A stretch of DNA of 64,000 nucleotides from Methanotrichaceae archaeon (GCA_963748825.1 CAVVKN010000006.1:124149-188148), one strand, 5' to 3'; numbered from the stretch's first letter, positions 39,375 to 49,174 are shown. Numbers and translations: made by a program. Notes: generated from the sequence alone by a model not told the origin.

Positions 39375-39578
39375 AATTTCATTCCTTCCCCAGATAATTG
39401 CACTTGAAGATTATGCTGGATGCGACTACCTATCCAAATATCGACCTGATCCAGGTATAAGATCTTCCAATTGAGATCCATTATGTAATAGACACCTTTT
39501 TGCTAATTAAAAGTAATTGTTAAATATGAAGCTTGCTATTCATCAATAACAACGGCCTTCAGAGCAGAGCGGTAAATT

Positions 39579-41300
39579 ATGTTGGAAACCAATGTTCTTC
39601 AGCTCGTGCCGGGAACGAGTGGGGTGGAAGTTTTCCCTTTTATCCGCAAGATCGATCTCATGTCATCCAATTCGTATATTCTTGCAGGAAAAGAGCAGAT
39701 TGCGCTGATAGATCCTGGCGCTCTTGATGACCAGATGGATTGCCTTTTTAGAATAATAACTGCTATGTTTGAGGAGAATCCAAGGAAGATTATAATATAT
39801 CTGACCCATGTTCACCTGGATCACTGTTTTCAATTGAAACGCATTGCTGAATTTGGCAAGCTCGGAAGTATTCTGCTCGCCGTGCAAGAAAAGGGGGCTC
39901 TTGCTCTGGAGACAGAGGACACAAAGATGACCCTGGCAAAGCTGTTAGGAAGAGATCTGGCCAGAGTGCCGGTCGATATCAAGCTGCTCTCTAAAACAGA
40001 TACAATCTATGGAAAAGAATGCAGTCTTCAATCAGATACTGCGAAATTGACCTACTTCACAAAATCATTTAAGCTTCCTCTGGGCCCGGTGCTCAATTAT
40101 CAGACTGTATCTTTGAATAAAGACGACATGCTTGAGATTTACCATACTCCCGGACATAGTCCGGACAGCATTTGCATCAGAGCGGGACGCTTGCTATTCG
40201 TAGGTGATCTCTTCTTTGCGCCTAATCCTGGCATGGCTGGAGCGTACGGCTGGAGCCAAACTGATTTCCTTCATTCAATCCAGAAGGTTCTATGGATCCT
40301 GAAACATAAAGACATCCATCTCTGCTGCTGCGGCCATGGTAGAGCTATAGATGTCGATATGGCATATAGCTCTCTGGGATCGATGTATCAAGATGTCTTA
40401 TCATTAACCAGGCTTGAAGAGATTACTCCTCTGTGGGTCAGGAACACATCGGAATATGCACAAGATATTATAAGAGAGCTAGAGAGGCTTCTCACCATAC
40501 TAATAGGGAGGCTGGCCTACATTTCCCAGGTCCTCTATTATCTGGAGGAGACTAATGAGGCAGATTTCCTTCAGTCGCTCCTGGATGCAAAAAAGATTGA
40601 TGAGCTTTTCCTGGATTTCAACAGATTTGTTGGTGAGCTTCGAGCCGGAAGAAAGCTTGATTGGGACCTAGTTCATAAAGCAGGACAGATCGTGGGAAGG
40701 CTCGACATGGCTTTTGAGAGCAGGAAACTTGCATCGGTCTTGGATCAATCATTGCTGAACAGAGCGAAGCGCATGTTGAACGATTACTCGGTTATCTATC
40801 GCGGTTTTAGACCGCCTTTTTATGTTGCCGATGTGGACATAAACGAAATAATGCAGGAGATTTTGAGATATGCAGGATACAAACCTTACAGGGAAGAGGA
40901 GATTCTCGAAGCGTGCAGTTATAACGAATACGTAGGGGCGCTTAGATCAAGAATTGCTTTTGTTAACATTTTTAATAAGACATCCTTGCAGATTCAAGAG
41001 GACTTGAGTCTCCCTAAGATTCGAATGGACAGAGAGCGTTTCATTGAAGCCGTAATAGATATCCTGGAAAGGCTAATCTGCGCGGGTGCACAGAGAATTG
41101 TGATTACGCCTTCTTATAACGACGGCCTGGTCGCCGTTCGCATTTCTTTGGCAGGCCATTTCGGAAATCATACTCTTGATGCTGGGACCATGAGATTCTT
41201 TGAAAGGACATTTGCGCTTTGCGGGGGATTCATACAGACTTGTGTTACTCAAGAAGAGAAAGTGGTTATCATTGAATTCCTGCCCTGTAAAATGTTCTAG
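39579..41300 (+). CDS. MBL-fold metallo-hydrolase with helical middle region and degenerate HATPase-like C-terminus
   Basis: LIDPG, THVHLDH, TPGHSPDS, VGDL, GHG; C-terminus RMDRERFIEAVIDIL...VAVRIS...CGGFI has the HATPase_c topology without N/G boxes. Confidence 0.75.
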   Translation: MLETNVLQLVPGTSGVEVFPFIRKIDLMSSNSYILAGKEQIALIDPGALDDQMDCLFRIITAMFEENPRKIIIYLTHVHLDHCFQLKRIAEFGKLGSILLAVQEKGALALETEDTKMTLAKLLGRDLARVPVDIKLLSKTDTIYGKECSLQSDTAKLTYFTKSFKLPLGPVLNYQTVSLNKDDMLEIYHTPGHSPDSICIRAGRLLFVGDLFFAPNPGMAGAYGWSQTDFLHSIQKVLWILKHKDIHLCCCGHGRAIDVDMAYSSLGSMYQDVLSLTRLEEITPLWVRNTSEYAQDIIRELERLLTILIGRLAYISQVLYYLEETNEADFLQSLLDAKKIDELFLDFNRFVGELRAGRKLDWDLVHKAGQIVGRLDMAFESRKLASVLDQSLLNRAKRMLNDYSVIYRGFRPPFYVADVDINEIMQEILRYAGYKPYREEEILEACSYNEYVGALRSRIAFVNIFNKTSLQIQEDLSLPKIRMDRERFIEAVIDILERLICAGAQRIVITPSYNDGLVAVRISLAGHFGNHTLDAGTMRFFERTFALCGGFIQTCVTQEEKVVIIEFLPCKMF

Positions 41301-41398
41301 TTATCAACTTTTGCAAAAAAGAAGACATAAATTCATTCGTCTTTCTAAATAACAAAGATTTGATATAGATTGACAACCCATAGTATTAGTTTCATGAG

Positions 41399-42388
41399 GT
41401 GATAGCATTGAGAGCGCTGGTAATTTTTGTGATACTGGCTTTTGTAATGTTTTTTTCTCTGGGCTGCATATCTCCGGAGAAAAAGGCGCCAGAGCTAACG
41501 ACACTTCGCATCGGCTACCAAACGACCACACACCATGTAGCAGAAATGGTGGCATCGGAGTTTGGCTGGTGGGCGAAGGATCTTTTGCCCTTTGGTGTGA
41601 AGGAGATCAAAGAGTTTGAATTTCCTTCGGGAACCCCGGAGTTAAAGGCCATGCAATCAGGCGATCTGGACGTGATCTATGTTTGCACTTCGCCGCTTCT
41701 ACTGTCCTTGTCCAAGGGGCTGGATGGAAAGATAGTGGCGGCAGTAAATGATAACGGTTCGAACCTCGTCTTCAGATCGGGTCTGAAATACAGCGGCCCT
41801 GGGTCTTTGCGAGGACTCTCCATTGCGACCTTCCCACCAGGTACGGCTCAGGACATTCTCTTAAAGAAGTGGCTAATGGACGCGGGCGTAAACTTATCTG
41901 AGGTTAAGATTTATCCCATGGGACCGGGTGATGCTGTAGAGGCCATATCCACGGGCAAAGTGGATGCCGTCTTCTTACCTCATCCTGGGCCCGCCATTAT
42001 TGAGATGGCAGGAAGCGGCAAATCGGTGCTGGCCTCAGGGGAAATGTGGCCCAGACACGGATGTTGCGCGGTCGTTGTCAGCGGCAGACTCATTCGAGAC
42101 TACCCGGATTTGGTGGCTCAGATAGTTAAAACGCAGATCAATGCGACGGATTATATCAATGCCAATCCGGAGGTTGCGGCAAGGATCTACTCCAACCGTA
42201 CCGGCCAGGACGTGAAGATGGCTGAGTACTCCATAAAAAGCTGGGATGGCCGTTATATCAGCGATCCGTATCTGCTGATAAACTCTACAATGGAATATGC
42301 TAAATTCCAGTTTAAGATGAACTATATACAAAAGGAGTTTACCAAAGAAGAGATCTTCGACACTAGATTCTACGACAAAGTGAAGTAA
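41399..42388 (+). CDS. ABC substrate-binding lipoprotein, SsuA/TauA/NrtA family
   Basis: Lipobox SLGC, LRIGYQ, FPSG, GDLDV, GKVDAVF; no permease or ATPase adjacent. Confidence 0.85.
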   Translation: MIALRALVIFVILAFVMFFSLGCISPEKKAPELTTLRIGYQTTTHHVAEMVASEFGWWAKDLLPFGVKEIKEFEFPSGTPELKAMQSGDLDVIYVCTSPLLLSLSKGLDGKIVAAVNDNGSNLVFRSGLKYSGPGSLRGLSIATFPPGTAQDILLKKWLMDAGVNLSEVKIYPMGPGDAVEAISTGKVDAVFLPHPGPAIIEMAGSGKSVLASGEMWPRHGCCAVVVSGRLIRDYPDLVAQIVKTQINATDYINANPEVAARIYSNRTGQDVKMAEYSIKSWDGRYISDPYLLINSTMEYAKFQFKMNYIQKEFTKEEIFDTRFYDKVK

Positions 42389-42897
42389 CTGCAGGACAAA
42401 GAAAGGGTCTCTGAGAAGCCTGACCTTTTAGCTTTGGTCTTGGCCGAAATGCTATCACCGATAACGCATGCAAAATACTACTCGGCTCTCGGAAACAGGG
42501 GCAGTAGTTTTGCAAAGCATGAAACAAGGCAGCTGGGATTGAAGCGGCGCAGCAATCCTGAGGGCGCAGGCGAGGTTGGAAGACGCAAAAATTGCAGGGC
42601 GGTTGTGCTACGTTGGCCGGCCATGATCCCCGGCCTGGCACTTTCGCCCGTCCTCTGCCCCGCAAAGCCGGAGCACCTCGCCAGTTGCGGTCGAAAACTG
42701 ATTTTACGAGCGCTTGGGCAATGCTCGCATCATGTCCGAAATTGAGTCGGGCCAGGTGTGTGTCGCGACCCCACTTTTTTCGCCCTGGTGTTTCCTGCGG
42801 CACTCCACTGATGGACCGACGGGGGCTTACTTTTCCGGCACCCTCGAACCAAAAGCATTATACATCTCCATTCCTCTGTGAGGGTGGTGAATGTGCA

Positions 42898-43854
42898 TTG
42901 GATAAGCTTGAGCTGGTGATGAGAAATACAGAAGAGATAGTGACGGTAGACGAACTCAAGGGCCTTTTGGAGCAGAGCCGCAGGCCGCGCGCTTACGTGG
43001 GCTACGAGACGAGCGGCAAGGTGCATCTGGGCCACATGCTCACGGCCAACAAGCTCCTGGACCTGCAGAAGGCGGGCTTTGACGTCGTCGTCCTTTTGGC
43101 CGATCTGCATGCCTTCCTCAACGAGAAGGGCACTTTAGAAGAGGTGCGAAAGATCGCCGACTACAACCGGGACTGCTTCATGGCTCTCGGCCTTGACCCG
43201 GAGAGGACGGAGTTCGTTTACGGCACAGACTATCAGCTCAAGCCGGAATACATGCTCAAGATCCTGCAGATGGCCAGGAATACCACGCTCAACCGCGCCC
43301 GGAGGAGCATGGACGAGGTCAGCAGAAATGCGGAAAACCCCATGGTCTCGCAGATGATCTACCCGCTGATGCAAGCGATCGACATCGCCGATCTGAAGAT
43401 CGACCTGGCAGTGGGCGGCATTGATCAGAGGAAGATTCACATGCTGGCTCGTGAGGAGCTGCCCCGACTGGGCCTGCCCGCCCCGGTATGCATGCACACG
43501 CCTCTCATCGCCGGCCTGAATGGAGAGAAGATGTCCTCCTCCAAGGGAAACAACATCGCTGTGGACGAGCCGGCTGAGGATGTGGAGAAGAAGATCAAGA
43601 GCGCCTTTTGTCCCGCCAAGGTGGTGGAGAACAATCCCGTGCTGGCCATATGCAAGTACCACGTCTTCCCCAGGATTGAGGCAGGCATGACCATCAAGAG
43701 GCCGGAGAAGTTCGGCGGGGATGTGCACTACGAGAATTACGAGAAGCTGGAGGCGGACTACGTGAGCGGGGCCATGCATCCCATGGATCTCAAGAAGGCC
43801 TGCGCAGAGTGCATGAACGAGATACTGGCGCCGGTGAGGGAGAAGATGAGGTAA
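42898..43854 (+). CDS. tyrS: Tyrosyl-tRNA synthetase (archaeal)
   Basis: YVGYETSGKVHLGH (HIGH), YPLMQAID, GGIDQRKIH, KMSSS; TTG start after GGTGGTGA. Confidence 0.97.
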   Translation: MDKLELVMRNTEEIVTVDELKGLLEQSRRPRAYVGYETSGKVHLGHMLTANKLLDLQKAGFDVVVLLADLHAFLNEKGTLEEVRKIADYNRDCFMALGLDPERTEFVYGTDYQLKPEYMLKILQMARNTTLNRARRSMDEVSRNAENPMVSQMIYPLMQAIDIADLKIDLAVGGIDQRKIHMLAREELPRLGLPAPVCMHTPLIAGLNGEKMSSSKGNNIAVDEPAEDVEKKIKSAFCPAKVVENNPVLAICKYHVFPRIEAGMTIKRPEKFGGDVHYENYEKLEADYVSGAMHPMDLKKACAECMNEILAPVREKMR

Positions 43855-44039
43855 CTTGCACTCGGATTTAATTATTTTTAAATATTATTATATAATGTAC
43901 CTCTCGTTTTTCTATTAACTCTAATTCGGCTTTGAGGTATTGAACAATAGCTTAGCCAAAAACTATTTTGATGCGTTAGGCCTATATGATGAAGTTGAAG
44001 CGATCATCTGTCATTTAGGGTATTAATGGAGCAATTTAA

Positions 44040-44537
44040 ATGGAAAATAAAAGGATAAATTTATGGAAAGAACCGAAATATCTTCCATTAATTATTACTT
44101 CATCGGATTCAAGTGAGCAACCTCACACCAAGAAATTTTCTAATCTTCTTTTTAAATATAATAATAAATATAAAAAGGCGCTTGAAGGGGCGGAACACGG
44201 ATTAGCAGCTACTGTATTTGAATCTGCAAAAGAGATTATATTTGACTATTTAAATAATATGCCAATTTTGCACTTTATTACATTTTCAATAGATGCAAGC
44301 AATGGACAAATCCAAATTAGCCATAGTTTAGATGCGATATTTGAAGATGAGAGTGAAGACGAAATCCGAGAAGACATGAAATTTAATTTGGCTTTAGCAA
44401 AATTATTTGAAATTCCAGTATATCCTAATACAGATGAGGTGTTACCAATTCTTGCTAAATATCACCATGATTTGTTGGCCGATGGTTTTAGATTTCGCGA
44501 TAAAGATGGAAATTATAAAATAGCTAAATGCGCTTGA
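44040..44537 (+). CDS. Low-GC hypothetical protein, probably a truncated foreign gene
   Basis: AT-rich ORF whose stop lies inside the second copy of a 101-bp duplication. Confidence 0.45.
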   Translation: MENKRINLWKEPKYLPLIITSSDSSEQPHTKKFSNLLFKYNNKYKKALEGAEHGLAATVFESAKEIIFDYLNNMPILHFITFSIDASNGQIQISHSLDAIFEDESEDEIREDMKFNLALAKLFEIPVYPNTDEVLPILAKYHHDLLADGFRFRDKDGNYKIAKCA

Positions 44538-44630
44538 AGGGGCGGAACACGGATTAACAGCTACTGTATTTGAATCTGCAAAAGAAATTATATTTGACTA
44601 TTTAAATAATATGCCAATTTTGCACTTTAT
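44178..44630 (+). repeat. 101-bp direct repeat (44178-44278 and 44530-44630)
   Basis: Copies differ at only 2 positions by eye. Confidence 0.9.
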
Positions 44631-44704
44631 CCAAATTCACTAGGTTCAAAAATGGAAAACCAGTTAGCATATTTAGAAAAGCTCTATTTGCAGAAATGAT
44701 TCCT

Positions 44705-44750
44705 GGAGCGGCTCCGCGTGCGAAGGCAGCGCACGAGAATGCGAGACGAG
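44705..44750 (+). repeat. GC-rich element family 1, 3' half
   Basis: GGAGCGGCTCCGCGTGCGAAGGCAGCGCACGAGAATGCGAGACGAG. Confidence 0.8.
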
Positions 44751-44903
44751 CAGGGGCCGGGAGGGCGGATCTGGCCCCCGGCGGCCCCAGGGCAACAAAG
44801 ATGAAATGAGAACGCACAAGAGTCGCCCATTCACTTTCGCCCCGGCCACGGCAAAAAGACTTATATTTAAGGGTTTGATTGTATCACTACGAGGAGACAT
44901 GAT

Positions 44904-45728
44904 ATGCTGACAAGCGGAGAAAAGGGCATTATCTATATTTTAAATAATAATAAAAGTAAAATGTCAAAGCTTCGCCTCGTCAAGCTCATGTTCTTAGTCT
45001 CAAAGAGAATACCGCTTTATTACTTTGTCCCATACAAGTACGGGCCGTTCTCCTTTCAGCTTTATCATGATCTATCGCGTTTAGAAAGAGATGGTTTTGT
45101 ATCGATCGATGACGATTCTGTGCATTTAGTAAAGACTGAACTTCCCTCAGTCGATCTCAAGATAAAAAACATAATTCGCATGAACTCGGAGAGATTTTCC
45201 GCCCTCGATGATAAGGCGCTGCTGGATTATATCTATGAGGAGCATCCAGAGTTCACGATTTTCAGCCGATACCAAAAAAGGATGGAATACGATCGAAATT
45301 CCTCCGGCATTGTAACCATAGGCTACGAGGGAAAGACGATTGATAAATTCCTTTATGAGCTGATAAAAAATAAAATCGGCATAGTTGCAGACGTAAGAAA
45401 AAATGCCTACAGCATGAAATTTGGATTTCAGCGAAATAAACTAAAAAGCTACTTGGAGAAAATTGGCATAGATTATATTCACATGCCAGAGCTTGGCATT
45501 CCCAGCGACTCACGGAAGAATCTCAATTCTTATGAGGACTATCAAACCTTATTTGCCGGCTACAGACAGGAAATTGAAACGAAATTGGACTGCCTGGAGA
45601 GAATTAAATCAATCAGCCAAAATAAAAAAGTATCCTTGATGTGCTTTGAGAAAGATGTTAAGTACTGCCATCGAGGGGTAATTGCAGAGCGACTCAGGGA
45701 AAACGGAGTCGAGGTAATCGACCTATGA
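44904..45728 (+). CDS. DUF488-family protein with N-terminal winged-helix (SocA/Panacea-like) domain
   Basis: LVKLMFL..FVPYKYGPFS; TIGYEG, VADVR, GFQR..L, YIHMPELG, LMCFEKD..CHR. Confidence 0.85.
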   Translation: MLTSGEKGIIYILNNNKSKMSKLRLVKLMFLVSKRIPLYYFVPYKYGPFSFQLYHDLSRLERDGFVSIDDDSVHLVKTELPSVDLKIKNIIRMNSERFSALDDKALLDYIYEEHPEFTIFSRYQKRMEYDRNSSGIVTIGYEGKTIDKFLYELIKNKIGIVADVRKNAYSMKFGFQRNKLKSYLEKIGIDYIHMPELGIPSDSRKNLNSYEDYQTLFAGYRQEIETKLDCLERIKSISQNKKVSLMCFEKDVKYCHRGVIAERLRENGVEVIDL

Positions 45729-46579
45729 CCTGGGAAAAGAAACGAGTGCTGGTGACCGTAACCGCCTACCCTGAAAAGAGCAAGAAATACGGCCAGGTCG
45801 TATGCACCATCGGCCTCACAGAAGAAGGGGACTGGATTAGACTCTATCCGGTGCCTTTCAATGTTTTTTCCGGACCGCAAAAACTCAGAAAATATGATTG
45901 GATCGAAGTTGAATGCAAGAGAGCAGAAGAAAAGCTGAGCAGGAAGGAGAGCTATCGCATCAGAAATGCCTCTTTGAAGATCGTTGACAGAAGCCTCAGT
46001 TTGGGGAAAATCAGGGGAAGGGTGGACTGGAATGAGCGCAATAGGCTCCTGCTCAGTCATGTCGCACCGTCTCTTGAAGATCTTAAGGCCAAATTTGATG
46101 AAGATAGGACATCGATAGGTCTGATTAAGCCTGCACAGGTTCTTGAGTTTTATAAAAAAGGAGATCTCCAGATATATCAAGATCCAAAAGTATTTCAACA
46201 ATCCCTTTTCGGGACAAAGATTCCAGAGATTGAAGAAATCCCTCACCTCTTCGGATATAGATTTAGATGCAATGGATGTCAGAAAGGAAAAGAGCACAAC
46301 ATTCAATGCGAGGATTGGGAGCTATTTGAATCCTACAGGCGCTGGGGGATGCGGTATGATGATTTGAATTTGCTTTGGGAGAAACTGCAAGATAAATACT
46401 ATAAATCCATGGTGGGCAGCGACCTTTACTTCTATGTTGGAACATTCTCTCAATTTCCTACTTGGCTGATTGTGGGTTTATATTACCCTCCCAGGCAACC
46501 TGCAATTCCCATAAAATCTCAAAACCGCACATTGGATGAACTATTTGGACAAAACCTGAAAAATGATTTGACGGGATAA
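45725..46579 (+). CDS. Conserved hypothetical protein, partner of DUF488
   Basis: RVLVTVTAYPEKSKKYGQVVCTIG...WIRLYPV; CxxC/H/DWE in the C-terminal half; ATGA overlap with the DUF488 gene. Confidence 0.75.
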   Translation: MTWEKKRVLVTVTAYPEKSKKYGQVVCTIGLTEEGDWIRLYPVPFNVFSGPQKLRKYDWIEVECKRAEEKLSRKESYRIRNASLKIVDRSLSLGKIRGRVDWNERNRLLLSHVAPSLEDLKAKFDEDRTSIGLIKPAQVLEFYKKGDLQIYQDPKVFQQSLFGTKIPEIEEIPHLFGYRFRCNGCQKGKEHNIQCEDWELFESYRRWGMRYDDLNLLWEKLQDKYYKSMVGSDLYFYVGTFSQFPTWLIVGLYYPPRQPAIPIKSQNRTLDELFGQNLKNDLTG

Positions 46580-46590
46580 GGCCGGCCCAG

Positions 46591-46716
46591 GAATATCTTC
46601 CAGCTCAAAAAAATGAGACCCTGGAGGCGAGCCGGCAATCCTGGCGCGGGAGATTGTAGAGAGCCAGAAGGAGACCGCGCGGTAGCAGTTCCGTGGCATC
46701 GAGGATGAGCTGAATG
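46591..46716 (+). pseudogene. Decayed 3' end of a type I R-M methyltransferase (HsdM-like)
   Basis: Across frameshifts reads NIFQLK.ETLE..EPAILAREIVES..ETA..QFRGIEDEL, resembling the HsdM C-terminal DIFWLKD.SLE...P.VLA.EIVE.LE.ALEQF pattern. Confidence 0.55.
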
Positions 46717-46916
46717 ACACAAACCAACAGCCTGACAGATCGAAATGCTGCCGGATTCGACCAGGCTGCCGTGGCCCGCCCCGAGAGCACCGGCCCACCA
46801 GGCGCACCAGGCCCACGTGCGAGCGCACGGGCGCGGGCAGGCGCATGCGCGGCGGGCGGGCCCCGGGGGCGAGCGGCCCCGCGTCCCAAAGGCAGCGCAC
46901 GAGAATGCGAGGCGAG
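46717..46916 (+). repeat. GC-rich element family 1, full copy
   Basis: Colinear with 49248-49437; contains the palindrome CGTGCG-AG-CGCACG and AAAGGCAGCGCACGAGAA. Confidence 0.85.
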
Positions 46917-47035
46917 TCCAGGAGGCTGGGCTGGTGTGAGTTGCCGGACATCCAGGATGAACTGGCCCAGTACAGCTCCATGAGAAATTGCAGAACGGCA
47001 AAGGATAATTACTTTTAAAGAGAAGAATCTGCCAC

Positions 47036-47311
47036 ATGAATCCTGCCGCAGAGACAAATCTATCCAAAGAGCTAGTTAGCGCCAAGTCCAGAGTCTATCG
47101 TTTCTCGGTAGTGATCGAGAAGGACAAAGACGGCTATTTTGCGTTCTCTCCTGAGCTGCAGGGATGCTATTCACAAGGCGATACCTATGAAGAAACCCTG
47201 GAAAACATCAGGGATGCCATCCGTCTCCATGTAGAAGATCGACTTGATAGCGGTGAAGAAGTTCCTCAGCCGGAATCAGTCAGCCTGACATCTCTGGAAG
47301 TCGCCGTATGA
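47036..47311 (+). CDS. hicB: HicB-family antitoxin
   Basis: VVIEKDKDGYFAFSPELQGCYSQGDTYEETLENIRDAI. Confidence 0.92.
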   Translation: MNPAAETNLSKELVSAKSRVYRFSVVIEKDKDGYFAFSPELQGCYSQGDTYEETLENIRDAIRLHVEDRLDSGEEVPQPESVSLTSLEVAV

Positions 47312-47538
47312 CGGATAAGCTTCCCAGGGTGAGCGCATCTGAAGCGATCCGAGCGCTGGAGAAAGCGGGCTTCTTCCTGCCTCGCCAGAGCGGCAGCCAC
47401 AGGATCTATAAGAACGCAGAAGGACGAAGAGCCACGGTGCCTTTTCATTCCGGCAAAGAGCTTCACCCTAAGATTCTAAAGAGCATTTTGAGAGATGCAG
47501 ACCTGACTACCGAAGAATTTCTTGAGCTGATGAAGTAG
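47308..47538 (+). CDS. hicA: HicA-family toxin
   Basis: RALEKAGF...QSGSH...TVPFH. Confidence 0.92.
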   Translation: MTDKLPRVSASEAIRALEKAGFFLPRQSGSHRIYKNAEGRRATVPFHSGKELHPKILKSILRDADLTTEEFLELMK

Positions 47539-47609
47539 CATAATCAACGATCAACCTTCACAGAATTCCAGGCATAGATTTATTTTCAAGAACAACCTCT
47601 TGCTAATAG

Positions 47610-47825
47610 ATGCAGCCGATAAAAATAATTATAGAAAAGCATCCCGATGGCTATGTCGCCTATCCCATCGGCATCAAGGGGATAGTAGTAGGTGAAGGCG
47701 ATACTTATGAGGAAGCAATTGCTGATGTTAAATCTGCTATCCAGTTCCATATAGATACATTTGGAAGAGAAGTCCTTGAAACAAACGAAATCAGTGAGAC
47801 TTTTGTTGCAGAAGTGGTTGTGTGA
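47610..47825 (+). CDS. hicB: HicB-family antitoxin
   Basis: IIIEKHPDGYVAY...GEGDTYEEAIADVKSAI. Confidence 0.9.
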   Translation: MQPIKIIIEKHPDGYVAYPIGIKGIVVGEGDTYEEAIADVKSAIQFHIDTFGREVLETNEISETFVAEVVV

Positions 47826-48061
47826 CGAGGTTTCCCAGGGACGTGCCGAAGCGAAAGGTGATAAAGGCCCTGGAGGCCCTGGGATTTGAGATAATCCGGG
47901 AAGGCAACCACATTTCCATGAATAGGATAAATCCCGATGGAAGCAAAACGCCCCTGACTATGCCGAACCATGAAGTGATTAAGGGTTCCACGCTATTGAT
48001 AATCCTAAGGCAAGCAGGAATTTCCAGAGAAGAGTTTATCGAAGTATTCAATGAGATATGA
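47822..48061 (+). CDS. hicA: HicA-family toxin
   Basis: KALEALGF...REGNH...TMPNH..IKGSTL..IL.QAG. Confidence 0.9.
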   Translation: MTRFPRDVPKRKVIKALEALGFEIIREGNHISMNRINPDGSKTPLTMPNHEVIKGSTLLIILRQAGISREEFIEVFNEI

Positions 48062-48195
48062 TCGCTACTACTGCTATGCGATAAGTCAACAAAAACAAGA
48101 CGCATTTAATTTTGGCGAGATCGACCTCTTACTCAGGAAGCTGCAAAAACCACTGTGGTCTGGCCCTATGGCCTCCTGCCTACCCAAGCGAGCAA

Positions 48196-48287
48196 GGCCC
48201 ACGTGCGGGCGCACTGGCGCGGGCAGGCGGGCCCTGGGGGGAGCGGCTCCGCAATCCGAAGGGCAGAGCACGAGAACGGGAGGCGAG
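48196..48287 (+). repeat. GC-rich element family 1 copy
   Basis: GGCCCACGTGCGGGCGCAC...GCGCGGGCAGGCG...GAGCGGC...AAGGGCAGAGCACGAGAACGGGAGGCGAG. Confidence 0.85.
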
Positions 48288-48359
48288 ACGAGACAGGTAG
48301 GGCGGTGAATAGGGAATCATTAGCGTTCAAGCGTGAGCTAAAATGAGGATGGCTGCCGA

Positions 48360-48860
48360 TCAAGGTCTCCAGATTTGGAGCCATTTCACACTACTAAAAT
48401 CTCGGTCATTTGATGCCAATGTGCTCAAACCTTCCTGTTTCATAGTTGCCAGATGAAGAGCGTCATTAGATAAGAGTCCATATTTCTTGGAGTACCGTAG
48501 TGCCAACTCAAAAATGCTTTCATCAATTCCAACTATCGTCAAGTGATTGATCTGTTTTATCTTCTCTATTGCAGACCATGCTTTTGTTGAATCCCTCACT
48601 AACTCAGGGTCTTCCTTCAGGCACTTAGAAACAGATTGAGGACTAATATTTTCTCTTTCCACGATTTCCGCTATCAAAGACCTGTGAAAGACTTCATTGC
48701 ATACAAGAATGGAAGTAATACCCTTAAATTCGCCTTCATTTATGGAATCAAGAAGGCACTTAGACGAAGTGCCAAACTTCCAATGACCGGACACTGCATA
48801 AAGAAAAATATTTGCATCTATAAAAACAATTGCACCTGGTTCGATACGATAAGGCATCAA
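48360..48860 (-). CDS. vapC: PIN-domain toxin (VapC family)
   Basis: FIDANIF, VCNEV, NDALHLATM, LASNDRDF. Confidence 0.9.
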   Translation of the reverse strand: MMPYRIEPGAIVFIDANIFLYAVSGHWKFGTSSKCLLDSINEGEFKGITSILVCNEVFHRSLIAEIVERENISPQSVSKCLKEDPELVRDSTKAWSAIEKIKQINHLTIVGIDESIFELALRYSKKYGLLSNDALHLATMKQEGLSTLASNDRDFSSVKWLQIWRP

Positions 48861-49045
48861 ATAGGCTCCAAATCAGGGCTTTCAATAATCTCATCCAACC
48901 ATTGCTTGTTCTGGATCTTTATGATGCCATAAAGTTGGTCGACAGGATTCTTCTTCACCTCAATCTCGACCAGGTCACCATCCTTTAAATCTAACCTTTC
49001 CAATGGCCTTAGAACGCTGTTTTCATAAATCGCTTTGACAAGCAT
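48857..49045 (-). CDS. Antitoxin, AF2212/DUF104 family
   Basis: VKAIYENSVLRPLERLDLKDGDLVEIEV. Confidence 0.87.
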   Translation of the reverse strand: MLVKAIYENSVLRPLERLDLKDGDLVEIEVKKNPVDQLYGIIKIQNKQWLDEIIESPDLEPI

Positions 49046-49174
49046 CGAACCACCATTATTATTTTGTCGCTTAGGGTTAAAAACCTGCCTATTTTTAGTT
49101 TTTCAGACCTAGTTTTTTTGATGCATAAGGGCTTGGCTGCCAAGGAATCAGATAGCATTAGGGTCCCTGAGGCT

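Noticed and set aside
42400-42850. Possible ncRNA or tRNA in the long intergenic region before tyrS
   Set aside because: No cloverleaf, T-loop or recognisable RNA family motif could be supported by eye.
42592-42897. N-terminal extension of TyrS in the ORF track
   Set aside because: Non-homologous low-complexity sequence; the RBS and similarity begin at the TTG at 42898.
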